Assembly: GCA_050084985.1 (NCBI GenBank)
Contig: JBITNC010000002.1
Coordinates: forward strand, 31,558,001 to 31,622,000
From: Nageia nagi
Lineage: Eukaryota; Plantae; Pinophyta
DNA length: 64,000 nt
Reading direction: 5' to 3'
Program-made: the position numbers and the translations under genes
Part shown: positions 12,838-23,649 of the stretch, piece after piece
Position numbering within the stretch: position 1 is the stretch's first letter
How the letters are laid out: each line of letters opens with the position of its first letter
The notes under the pieces: model-generated
What the model was told of the DNA's origin: nothing
What the model saw: the letters and a program-made list of their open reading frames with translations, nothing else
Database searches by the model: none

Positions 12838-13469
12838 ACTTTTTATTTTTTAGGAATTTTAAGAAAAACATATATATGGGGACAACCTTTATATAATTAT
12901 CTACAAAATTAAAAAAAGAAGTTTGAAAAAATGATAACTTTAGGTCAAATTATACATGAATATCTAGGACAAGCTTCATTATGTTAGGTATCTTTGCCCA
13001 AAAGATTTAAAAAAATACTTTAGTTTAGATCAAAATATATGTGATGGACACGCGTATTGTATGGTCTTGAAATAGTATTTTTTAAATAGTGGTTTTTATT
13101 CATACCTATCAAAAATATATTTTTATTATCTAGGTATTGGAATAAATTATATATTTGAAAAATAGACTCGAAGCACTACATTTTTAACCTAATGACTTTC
13201 TTCAAGATTTTCGTGTCTAAGTGCTTCAAATTTTGAAATCAATATGACCAAACTTGAAAATTAGAAAAAGACTTCCACTTTTTGGCCATAAAGTGGACCC
13301 AACTTCTTGCAATGATCCTACTAAGTATATGTTTATGCTTAATTAATCACACTTAGGATTGATTTTAATCATCTACAAGACTAAAACTTCAATTAATGAT
13401 ATGTCAATTCATAATCTACAAACTTCCCTTGAAAAAGTCATCTCCTTGATAGACATGTTTAAACTTCCA

Positions 13470-13790
13470 AAAAATATGAATGACAACAATCTCAAGTTCT
13501 TAACATTGCATTCTATAGCCATTATAAAGATGAATGACAACTATCTTATTACTGTAACAACCCTAACATTGCATTCATAATGTATGAACTATGATGATAA
13601 CAATGCATTCTAAGGTTGTAGAATGATATCATTCTCATAATACTTGTGCAAGGGTGAATATCAATAGTCTCACTAATGCATCATATTGTTATTCTATGGT
13701 GTGTGGCAACTATTGCAAGGGTGAATACCAACAATCTTATTAATGCAACAACCTTAACTTTGCATTCATAATGTCTGAACTATGATGAAA
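13470..13790. repeat. Degenerate tandem repeat block
   Basis: Repeated TGAATGACAAC, TTGCATTCATAATGT.TGAACTATGATGA (13568, 13760) and TGCAAGGGTGAATA (13647, 13714). Confidence 0.7.
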
Positions 13791-14032
13791 AGAAAATATA
13801 AAGTACATCACAAATAAAATAATAATTACATACTAAAAAATATATGATTGAAATTTCAATTTATTGCAAGGCATGAAAATATAAAATTTGTCAAATGACA
13901 TATACAAAAAATTACAAAATGATTTGGGTATGTGGATGTGTCTACTTGGTACTTGTAAATCACATAAGAATGTGAGAATGGGAAATACTTACAAGTATTC
14001 TTTCAACATGTGCCACCATGGGAGCTCTAGAA

Positions 14033-14513
14033 TGAAGGATTTAGGCTAGATCTAAACAAATCCTCAAGGACCAAGACTAGGAAACTCAATCATACAACAT
14101 AACACCATTCACACAAGATAACACAAGTGTAATGTGGTTCCTCCCTCCTTGGGAGTACATCCACAACTAGTATCTCAATTCTCAAGTATGCCCCTCTTAC
14201 AACTATTCTCTACCTCTCCTACACAACTAGTAGAGTAATCTTACTCCAAAAACTTAGTTATGTTACAAGAGGAGAGGCCCTCTATTTATAGCTTGAGAGC
14301 ACCTCCCTAACCTCCCTTTAACCCAAGGGTAAGGTTAGGGTTACAATAAATGTATCACCTAACTTTAACCTACCAACTAACCACTTGGTAAAGTCAAAGT
14401 CTACATAATAAAGAATTCAATTAATCCCTTAAGGTATCTACATATCCTTTAAGTGATTAATTGAATTTACATGGAGTTTAGATATTCACAATATTTTATT
14501 ACAATTTCTAACA
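14033..14513 (-). repeat. 3' LTR of the truncated Copia
   Basis: TG...CA termini, adjacent PPT, minus-strand TATA (CTATTTATAG near 14282). Related to LTRs 22314-22816 and 35461-35962. Confidence 0.85.
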
Positions 14514-14998
14514 CTCCCCTTTAATGCAATATTGGGATAGAGCGTAGAAGAGAGAAGAGAGAGAGTAAGCGAGAGTTCTCCTCCATAGAGATACAAGTGG
14601 AGATGAGAACATTTACATATTTGAGAATCTTTTTGAGAACTAGTATGAGACTCACTACATTACCATTTGACAAAAATGGTTTACAATACAATCATTAACC
14701 ACAATTGGTTTCACTGTACATAGTAGTCGATCAACTTTAAGCTGACATGTGAGTCTCCATGAGCTTGCTTACACAAGGTGAGTAACCTGCATTTCTGAAG
14801 AAGATCCTGCATGTTACAGGCAACTCATGAACAAAATCAGTTAGATGCATCATATATTCAAATAAGAGAATCAAATAATGCCATCTTATAAATAACTGAT
14901 CAATGGTGCACTATAAGTCATCACGGAGATGCCAAGCCATCACTCATAGTCACCTGTTGTATATAGACATGTGTTGATTATTAATAGAGCATAAAAAT

Positions 14999-15390
14999 TG
15001 TACAATGAGTTTCTCATGCAGAGCAAACTCACCACGGAGGTATAGAATGTACAACAAGTTCCTCATGCAGAGCGAACTTACCACAGAGGTATATTAATTA
15101 TATGCTCAAAAATTGTCAACAAGTTTCTCACGCAGAGCAAACTTACCACGGAGGTATAAAATGTACAATAAGTTTGTCATGCAGAGTAAACTTACTACGG
15201 AGGTATAAAAATGTACAACAAGTTTGTCATGCAGAGCAAACTTACCACGGAGGTATAAAATGTACAACAAGTTTGTCACGTAGAGCAAACTTACCACGGA
15301 GGTATAAAATAATCAACACTCTATAACAACAATTGTACAACAAGTTTATCACGTAGAGCAAACTTACCATGGAGGTATAGAATGTACAAT
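14999..15390. repeat. 49-bp tandem array, 7 copies plus a partial
   Basis: Consensus TGTACAACAAGTTTGTCATGCAGAGCAAACTTACCACGGAGGTATAAAA. Starts near 14999, 15048, 15114, 15162, 15212, 15261 and 15334. Two short unique linkers. Confidence 0.95.
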
Positions 15391-16762
15391 CAAAAAAGGC
15401 CTCTTAGAGGTGAAGTTGTCATCACTAACAAAAGTTCAACTTCACTCCCCCTTAAGGGCAACTTCACCAACCTGAGAGAATCCCTAAGCTTGCTGAGCTG
15501 AGCTTCAGGAAGGGGCTTGGTGAATAAATAAGCGGAGTTTTTAGTAGATGGACAATACTCCAAGTGTATGATATCATCTAGAACCTTCTCCCTGATAAAA
15601 TGGGCTTGGATTTCCACATGTTTGGTTCTCTGATGGAACACAGGATTCTTAGCCAAAGAGATAGCCGATTGATTGTCTGAAGAAATAAGAGATGGGCCAT
15701 TTTGCTTATACCCAATTTTGTTCAGAAGATGTCTTAGCCAAATAGCTTCTTGGGCGGCAACAGACATGGCTCGATATTTAACTTCAGTGGTAGAAAGAGT
15801 CACAGTAGGTTGCTTCTTGGAAGCCCAAGAGATAGCACCTGAACTAATGCTGAACACATATGCAGAGGTTGATTTTTTGTCATCTATATCTCCCCCATAA
15901 TCAGAATCTGAGAACCCTGAGAGAACAATTGAGGGCACTTTGGAATACTTAAGAGCAAGATCCTTTATCCCTGCCACATACCTCAAGATTTGCTTCATAG
16001 CATTGAGGTGTTCAACATATGGTTTTTGCATGAATCGTGCCATCAAATTCACTGCAAAGGTAATATTAGGACGAGAGATAGTCAGATACAGAAGACTACC
16101 AATCAATTGCCTATATGTTGTAGCATCAGCCAACTGAGAATCTGAGCTCAATGATACAACGATTCCAGGAGAAATAGGTATTACAGCATATCTACACTCC
16201 TCCATTCCAAACTTTTGCAAGATGTCTGATATATACTTAGATTGACTAAGATAAGTACAATCTTTGTATTGGTATACTTGAATTCCAAGATAGTAATGCA
16301 ATAGACCTAGATCAGTCATTTCAAATGTTGCCTTCAGTTTGGATATGCACTCTTGGATGATTTCAATATTGTTGCCTGTTATGAGAAGATCATCCACATA
16401 AAGGAGAATTAAGACCACGTCTTTTCCTTGATTGAGTACATAGAGATCTGAGTCAGAGAAGCACTTGGAAAAACCAATATCTGCAAAGAATCCTGAAATT
16501 TTCTTGTACCATGCTCTAGGTGCTTGTTTAAGTCCATACAAAGACTTCTTTAGTTTGCACACAAGAGACTCTTTTCCTTCTGGAATAAATCCTTCTGGTT
16601 GATTCATGTAGATTTCTACATCCAAGTCACCATTGAGAAATGCACTCTTGACATCAAGTTGGAAAACTTTCCATCCCTGAGCTGTAGAAAGAGCAAGGAT
16701 TATCCTAACAGTAGGCATTTTGGCCACAGGAGCAAAGGTTTCCTCATAATCAATACCATATT
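15390..16762 (-). CDS. Copia reverse transcriptase-RNase H (open frame, 5' truncated)
   Basis: Motifs GIDYEETFAPVAK, QLDVKSAFLNG, LKKSLYGLKQAPRAWY, LLYVDDLLITG, SDSDYGG and NPVFHQRTKHVEI. The first residues of the ORF-track protein are flanking sequence. Confidence 0.92.
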
Positions 16763-19354
16763 GAAGAATACACAAGGCCCAAAAATTTCTTAACAAGATA
16801 CTACCAAAATACCCATAAAACCTAAATTAGATTTTGGATGTGTCTACTTGGTGCTTGTAAATCAAATGTTGTGGTTTTGAATGTGCTGATATATACATGA
16901 ATGCAAAATATATAAGAATACACAATGCTCAAAAATTATTTAACAATATGTGTGATGCAAATACAGTTCCATGGCATGCAAAGATTACATGATACACAAA
17001 AATGGGTTTTATGAAAAAAGGCCCTAGAGACTTTTATTCCAAAAGTACGGTAATTTATTTACAAGGTACATAGAAGAATACATGTTGGGTGCTCTTTGCA
17101 ATTCCCTCAACTGAACTCTGCTCAACCCTTAGCTCAACTTTCTCTCAGTGAAAAATAAGAAATGCTCTAAGTTCTCTAACCCCATTGGTTTGAAATGGTA
17201 TAAGCTAAGTGCTCTACCCCCTCGATTATTGTTCTCGTAAAACTTGAAATGTTACAAGTGCCCACCTAAGTTCTTAGTGCAAGATTTTACTATTATTTTT
17301 TGGTTGAAATTGAGGGGGATATTTACTTGACTTCTTATGATTTAGGAATGAGTTTTACAACTACCCCTTAAAAACCACACCTAAAATGCAAAAATGAGGG
17401 CTAATCTGCAGGACCAATCAATGACTAAGGGTCGATTAGGGATAATATTTCAAGAGAAGGTTGATTATGCCATTTGATTGGCCCATCAATGTTGTAGTTA
17501 TAGTCGACCTTATGACATTCGATCCCAATAACCCAATCAATTTGATGGTGTTTGATTATGACTCCAAATATGGGAAAATCCTATTTTAAGGTTAGGAACT
17601 TTCTATTTGAATTATTCTTGGTGCGTGATATAAGGTTGCATGGTAGTGAGAACCTAATGCATGTAATTCCAGTATGGTTTGGACTAAAATTAAGATTTAT
17701 GGATTTTATAAATCTATGCATAAGTGTGATAATCTAAATATTAAATTATAGTTATTAGGGTTCATCTAATAATATAAAACCTCTAAAATTTAGAAAGACA
17801 CAATCATTATTATTTTATAAAGTTAATATTAATATTATGATGGTAAAGATACATGTATGCTCTTGTATGATTGATATTTATATCTTCTTGATATCTATGA
17901 ACATTGCAAAAATAAATATGTTAGAGGTAAATCTCAAGATCCTATGTCCTTAAATCCTTAGGATGATCAAGATAGGGTGTTAACCCTATTAAAGGATGCA
18001 TAGACCCCCTTTTTCCTTAGTCATAAAGATGATAGAAATAATCAATATTCCTAATATTCAAAGTGTCATATGATTTGCTATGTTATTTGCTTGGTATATG
18101 GTTTTGATGTAATCTTTATTCTTAAAAATGGATAAAGAATGCTAATGATGGTGACAATTGACAATGATATATAATATATTATATAAAATATGCTAAAATG
18201 CCCACAAAGGTATCATGTAAGTGATATAATCATAATACAATGATGATTAACAACACTCTCAATGGTAATTACTAATACAATGCCAAATTGTGTAAAAGGG
18301 TATGATCAAATGTACAAAAAGATGTCAAGATAATGATATGTGACAAAACCCTAGGACATGAAAGATATTCATACCCTAAGAAATCAAGAAGATGATCTAA
18401 ATGTTAATTATGCATAGAGAAAGATTCACATAATGATAAATAATGATGGTTATACAAAATAGTGATAAGGAATGATATGGGCATGTATAATTATGATAAA
18501 AACCCTAACCTAACCTGAAGGACCTAAGATGAGTTAGCCTAAGTGCAAGTTATATACACACAAAAATGCAAGTAAGAAAATGTGTGATAAATAGTGGATA
18601 CAATAGCTCCAATTATTCTCCAAATGGTGTACAAGACCTACAATAACCTAAAATGAGTAATCCAAGCATATAATATGATAATTCAGCTGAATGATACCTC
18701 ATTACACCATAAAGATGGGGTGATAAATCTTGTTAAAGCTCATGTAAGGGTGGGTTTCTTGTAAAACCCTAACAAATATTGATGAAGTGCTACATTAGTT
18801 GAAATACTCATCTATGTATGCTTTGTAGAAATCAAAAGATAATTAAAAAGCTCAGGATAAAAGTGTGCTAGAATCACATATGAGGTCATCAATGACCTTT
18901 TATAGATATTCTATTTATGATCAACAAGTCAATTTAGGATTGTCAAGCCAATTGCTAAGCTATAATATCGGCATAAAGATTGACCAATTGGTTGATCGAA
19001 TGCAAAATTATTATACTTTTGGCCAAATTTGCTAGTTTTGATTATGTTTATAATATTTTCTTAAAATACGTAATTTTGGGATATCTATAATGAGATCTGT
19101 AAAATACCCATAAGACTTAACTAGTTGTGTGGATATGTCTACTTGGTGCTTTTAAATTGAATGTTTCAAATTACAATTTTGAATTCCCTTATAGAGGGAA
19201 CAACACATCAATACCATAGAACCATCAATGGAACTAAAATTTCTAGAAGAGGGAACAACACATCCAGGATGAACAATATGAGGATGAATAATACTAGCAG
19301 TAGCTTTATATCTAAGCAAGTAGTGACCTCTTAGGTTAAAACAGGAGTGATAAA

Positions 19355-21400
19355 CACATCTACCTTGATAGAAAGTTGTTTAATGATAGACTTCAAAAGG
19401 ATCCTTTAGCATGGATTGAAAAACATATTATTGTAGTATGAATAATTAAAGAAAGATGTCCTAATATTTATCCAACATAGCTTCTAGATGAGTCCAGTCC
19501 AAAGGTGTTAGAAATTGATGCATATAATGAAATATGGAGTGCTTTCTTAAAACAAAGACAACAAGATGCAATTGGAAAGGTTGTAAAATTTATCTGTGCT
19601 TATGCTTCAGGTTGTTGGAAAGGTACACAGTTAAAATATCATTCTACTAGGTAAGAGGTATTAGCTGCCAAAATGGGCATTAAGAAATTTTGATTATATC
19701 TTCGCAATATCCCATTTGTTCTCAAATTTGATTTCATTGGCATGAAAGGATATCTTGAAGGTAAACTTACAGAAGATTCTACTTCAACACTCATGGTAAA
19801 AAATCAATCTTTCTTTTTTTGCTTTGATATTATATTTGAATACTATAAAGGAAGCAAAAATGTAGTTACTCATTTTTAGTCTAGAGAAGCCCTCCTTAGC
19901 TCTAAACTAGTTTCTCAAAAAGGATCCAAAGTGTTGTATATATATTACTATAAATTTTTCTTTGAAAAAACATATATCAAACAACATTATCATGTTAATT
20001 TTGTTGAAATTGGTCAAATCTAGTCTGTTATAAACAAACTAAAGCATACTAGAACATAAGAATACTTTATTGCTCAATGATGGCTCATGGATAATATGTT
20101 TATATCTATTACATGACCTTCCAGGATATATGGTAGAAATCCAAAGTATCCTCATCCTCCTTATCTTATGCCTTTTGTTTATGTTGAGGATAAAGGTCAT
20201 AAATGTATGTCTTCAGTCACATTGTGTTGAAGAGAATATTTTACCAGACAAAGAGCTCTAGATCATTTGATGAATTTATTCTACCAATTTTGGGATCCAC
20301 ATGCAGACATTGGTGATCATATCACACTTCAGTTCTATGACATAGGGCATAGAGTACAATTCCAACATTCTACTCTAGGCACTTTAGGGTTTCCAAGAGA
20401 TCTTAATGAATTTACTAATGGATATCTAGAGTGGTTAGCCACATGGCTTACGAGTAAAATTACTTGGGATAATAAGATTTATTCTGATGATGGGCTTAAT
20501 CATATGTTTTCTCAAGAAGATATTATTTGATTCTTTATTGAAAATCATATCCCTTGGGAAATCCATAACAATATTGATTTTACCATATCTTCCTATTATC
20601 CCCTAGAACTGACATCTATGCTAAGACTATTATCCAATGGGATAATACATTCTCCAAAAAAATATTCATGATTGGTTTTATCATGGTGCCTTTGTTCCAT
20701 CTTGGTATGTTCCTGAATTCCATCCTACACTCACATATGTAAGTTTAGATGTCACCCAATTATGGCTATCAATGAACATCATAGAGACCATACACATGTC
20801 TAAGTTTTGACACCTGGATCTTCTCATAGTGCTAGAAATTCAGATTCTCCTCCATCATCTATTGATAGTGATCTTGATGTACACTTATACTAAAGGAAGA
20901 TGTTGTGGGCCCATAACCCATGTGTTCCCATTCATATCTTATCAGGATGTGATAAGATGGTGGATCCTGTAATAGCTTCCCAAAGATGCCATGGGTATTG
21001 GCATCCATTAGTGGTATTTATTTGCCACATAGATAAAGTTACTTGATGTCACCTCCATCTATTATTTCTCTTATGAGGTATCTTTAACGGTGGAGATGTA
21101 GATCTAGCTTAGATTAAATATAGACCATCCATAAGGTTATAAATAAGAGAATGCATGAGTCATTTGACATTCGATTAAAGTTAGCATTCGATTCATTAGA
21201 GGTTTAAGAGTTCTAGAGCAATATTAGGTCAAGAAACATAGTAAAACCTACAAAAATCATGTTCATAGCACACTGCTATACTTGCTTCTAGGTTTGAAGT
21301 TAGAAGTCATGACCAACTAAACCATTTGTAGTGTGTTAAGAATCAAAATAACCTTTGCTGAATGTATGTATATGTTCTAATAAAGTTTCAATATATAAAA
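19355..21400 (+). mobile_element. Decayed endogenous Caulimoviridae-like (pararetrovirus) segment: RT thumb/tether, RNase H, downstream coding remnant, promoter/poly(A) region
   Basis: Manual translation from 19355: HIYLDRKLFNDRLQKDPLAWIEKHIIVV*IIKERC...KVLEIDAYNEIWSAFLKQ...FICAYASGCWKGTQLKYHSTR*EVLAAKMGIKKF*LYLRNIPFVLKFD...FDIIFEYYKGSKNVVTHF*SRE. No integrase follows. TATAAATA at 21138-21145, AATAAA at 21379-21384. Confidence 0.72.
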
Positions 21401-22313
21401 GCTTTCTTGCAAAACTTGGCTTATGTTCTTTGTATCATTGTATTGCATATTGAAAGTTTGGTAAAGAAGATATTTCTCCTTGATAACATGTTGGCGAGGG
21501 ATGCCATTAAGCTAAGTGAGCCCTTTTCTATCTATCTATTCCTACTTATTCAAAGCCCACTTCCTTGTTCTACTCAAAGAGCATCAATTTTCAATAAGAG
21601 GCCTTCCTTAGATCCATATAGTTGAAATTCCATGACTTGACTAACTAAGTAATGATTTATCTATACTTAGATTATTTTTGCAAGTCGCAAATGTTTGTAT
21701 TGAGCCTAAAATTATTTTATGGTGTTGTCAACATGCAGGTAAAAAAACTTTGAGGATGATATAAAGGTGAAATATGAGTACAAGGTATATTTTTTATATT
21801 GGGATTGGTAAGTTTTATGATGACATTATCACGTGACTTAGAAAACTCTAACATGGAGATAAAACTTAAGGATGAATATAGGATCAATTTTCAATACCAA
21901 GCCTAATATTTTTTTATGATGATGTTAGCCACTATATTAAAAAAACTTAAGGTAGAGACAAATCAAGACTAATACAAGGAGCATGTATCATTATTCACTT
22001 GGGGTTGGTTAGATTTATACCTATTATCCAAGAGTTCATGTCTACATATCGATACCAACACTACACTTTTCTATGTGGCATAAATACACTAGTGAAATAT
22101 TAATATTTAATGTGCCAAAATTACATAGGAATACCATAAATTCATGGTATCAATTGAAATTTCAAGGGATTATCATAAAACATATGGCACACCATACTTT
22201 ACAAGAAGACTATAAAATTTGAGTCCTTAATTTTCTCTATGAATGGTGGTTGTAATAGTATTCAAGTACTTGAATTTTTATTTATCAAAGCAAATGTGTA
22301 TTAATGAAGTAGA

Positions 22314-22816
22314 TGAAGGGATTTAACTATAACTAATACAATCCTAAACTACCAAGATCACATGAAAGCTTACTCAAAACATCAATACTCATGGATAGAC
22401 AATTTCACAAAGTGACTCAAGATATAAAGTGGTTCCTCCAACTTGGAGAACATCCACTAACTAGATCTTACTTCATTCACAAATACAACTCTCTTAGAAT
22501 CCTCCTAACTTCATCTCCTAAACACTATCATAGAGCATAACTTTGCTTCACAAATTGGTGAGTGATCACAAAGAGGAAGCCTTCTATTTATAGGCCAAAA
22601 ATCCCCCTTTGGATCACTCTTTTAACCATTGTACAAAGGCATGACATGCTACTCCCTTTTACCCGAGGGGCATACTCATGACATGGAGTGTAGGACAAGT
22701 TACATTATCATATTCACTTAAATACTTAATGTATCTAGTGATACCATTAAGTATTAGTAAATTTTCAAAGAAAATTATTACAAAACCTTTACAATAATGT
22801 ATTATACATTCCAACA
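22314..22816 (-). repeat. Copia 3' LTR
   Basis: TG...CA termini, direct repeat of 35461-35962, adjacent PPT. Confidence 0.95.
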
Positions 22817-23315
22817 CTCCTCCTTAATACGATATTGGGATAAAGTGAAGAAGAGAGAAGAAAGAGAGTTCTTCTCCATACATAAACAATCGAAGATGAG
22901 AACTTTTTACATCTTTGTGAAGTAAGCAAGATCTCAGTTTGAGACTCACTACTTCACCATTTTAAAAAATGGCTTACAATGTAATCATTTACCATAATCA
23001 ATTTTAATGTACATAAAGTATTCATTCAACTAGAAGTCATAATGACTCTCCATAAGCCTACACACTTGAAGTAAGTAACCTACAATCTCAAAAGAACCTA
23101 CAAGTTATAAGTAGCTCAAATAACAAGATCAGTTAAATACAACATATTTATATCAACAAAGATAGATGAATCAAACAAATGCCATCATAAACTAATTAAT
23201 GGTGCTCTATAAGTTGTCACAAATATGGCAAGCCAATACTCAGTCACCTGTTGTATACAAAATATGTGTTGATTATCATTACAAAATAGAGTGTAATAAA
23301 ATGCACATACGAGTT

Positions 23316-23621
23316 TGTTATGAACCAAGCATAAAATCACAAGAGAAAGAGCTTAACGCCTTGAATAAGAGATAAAATTAGTAATAATAAGCCACTTCGA
23401 GGGGGCAACCTCCTTTACATTACATCAAATACACAATAATAGACAATACAAATGATAATACCTCCTTAGTATATATAGGAGTCCAAGAGTTGCCACTACA
23501 ATGAAAGGACACTAGCTGACATAACAATAATAATGTAAGGGAATAACAATAACCATAGTGGGCTTCTATGGGACACATAAGAACAATATATGGGCTACAT
23601 GAGTAGTATAGGGACCTAACT
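23316..23621 (-). repeat. Gypsy 3' LTR
   Basis: Direct repeat of 28523-28828. The terminal base is mutated. Confidence 0.95.
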
Positions 23622-23649
23622 TGCCCCTCTCCTTCAATTAAAATGTTGT

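Larger units (their letters stand above)
14033..16762 (-). mobile_element. 5'-truncated Ty1/Copia element (RT-RNase H, 3' extra region, PPT, 3' LTR)
   Basis: LTR 14033-14513 (TGAAGG...CTAACA), PPT CTCCCCTTTAA at 14514-14524, and a Copia pol ORF. Homologous to the 22314-35962 element. Homology stops at about 16762. Confidence 0.9.

Noticed and set aside
15102-15326. Repetitive 74-aa and 63-aa ORFs
   Set aside because: Translation artefacts of the 49-bp tandem array.
14999-15390. CRISPR-like or RT-associated repeat-spacer array
   Set aside because: Units are head-to-tail with only two short linkers. No cas genes. The context is a eukaryotic Copia 3' UTR.
17150-19080. Possible solo LTR or other TE
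   Set aside because: Repeat-like composition, but no termini, TSD, PBS/PPT or coding motif I can support.
22145-22156. TGGTATCA as the tRNA-Met PBS of the caulimovirid segment
   Set aside because: Only 8 nt match (followed by ATTG) and it is far from the recognisable viral sequence.
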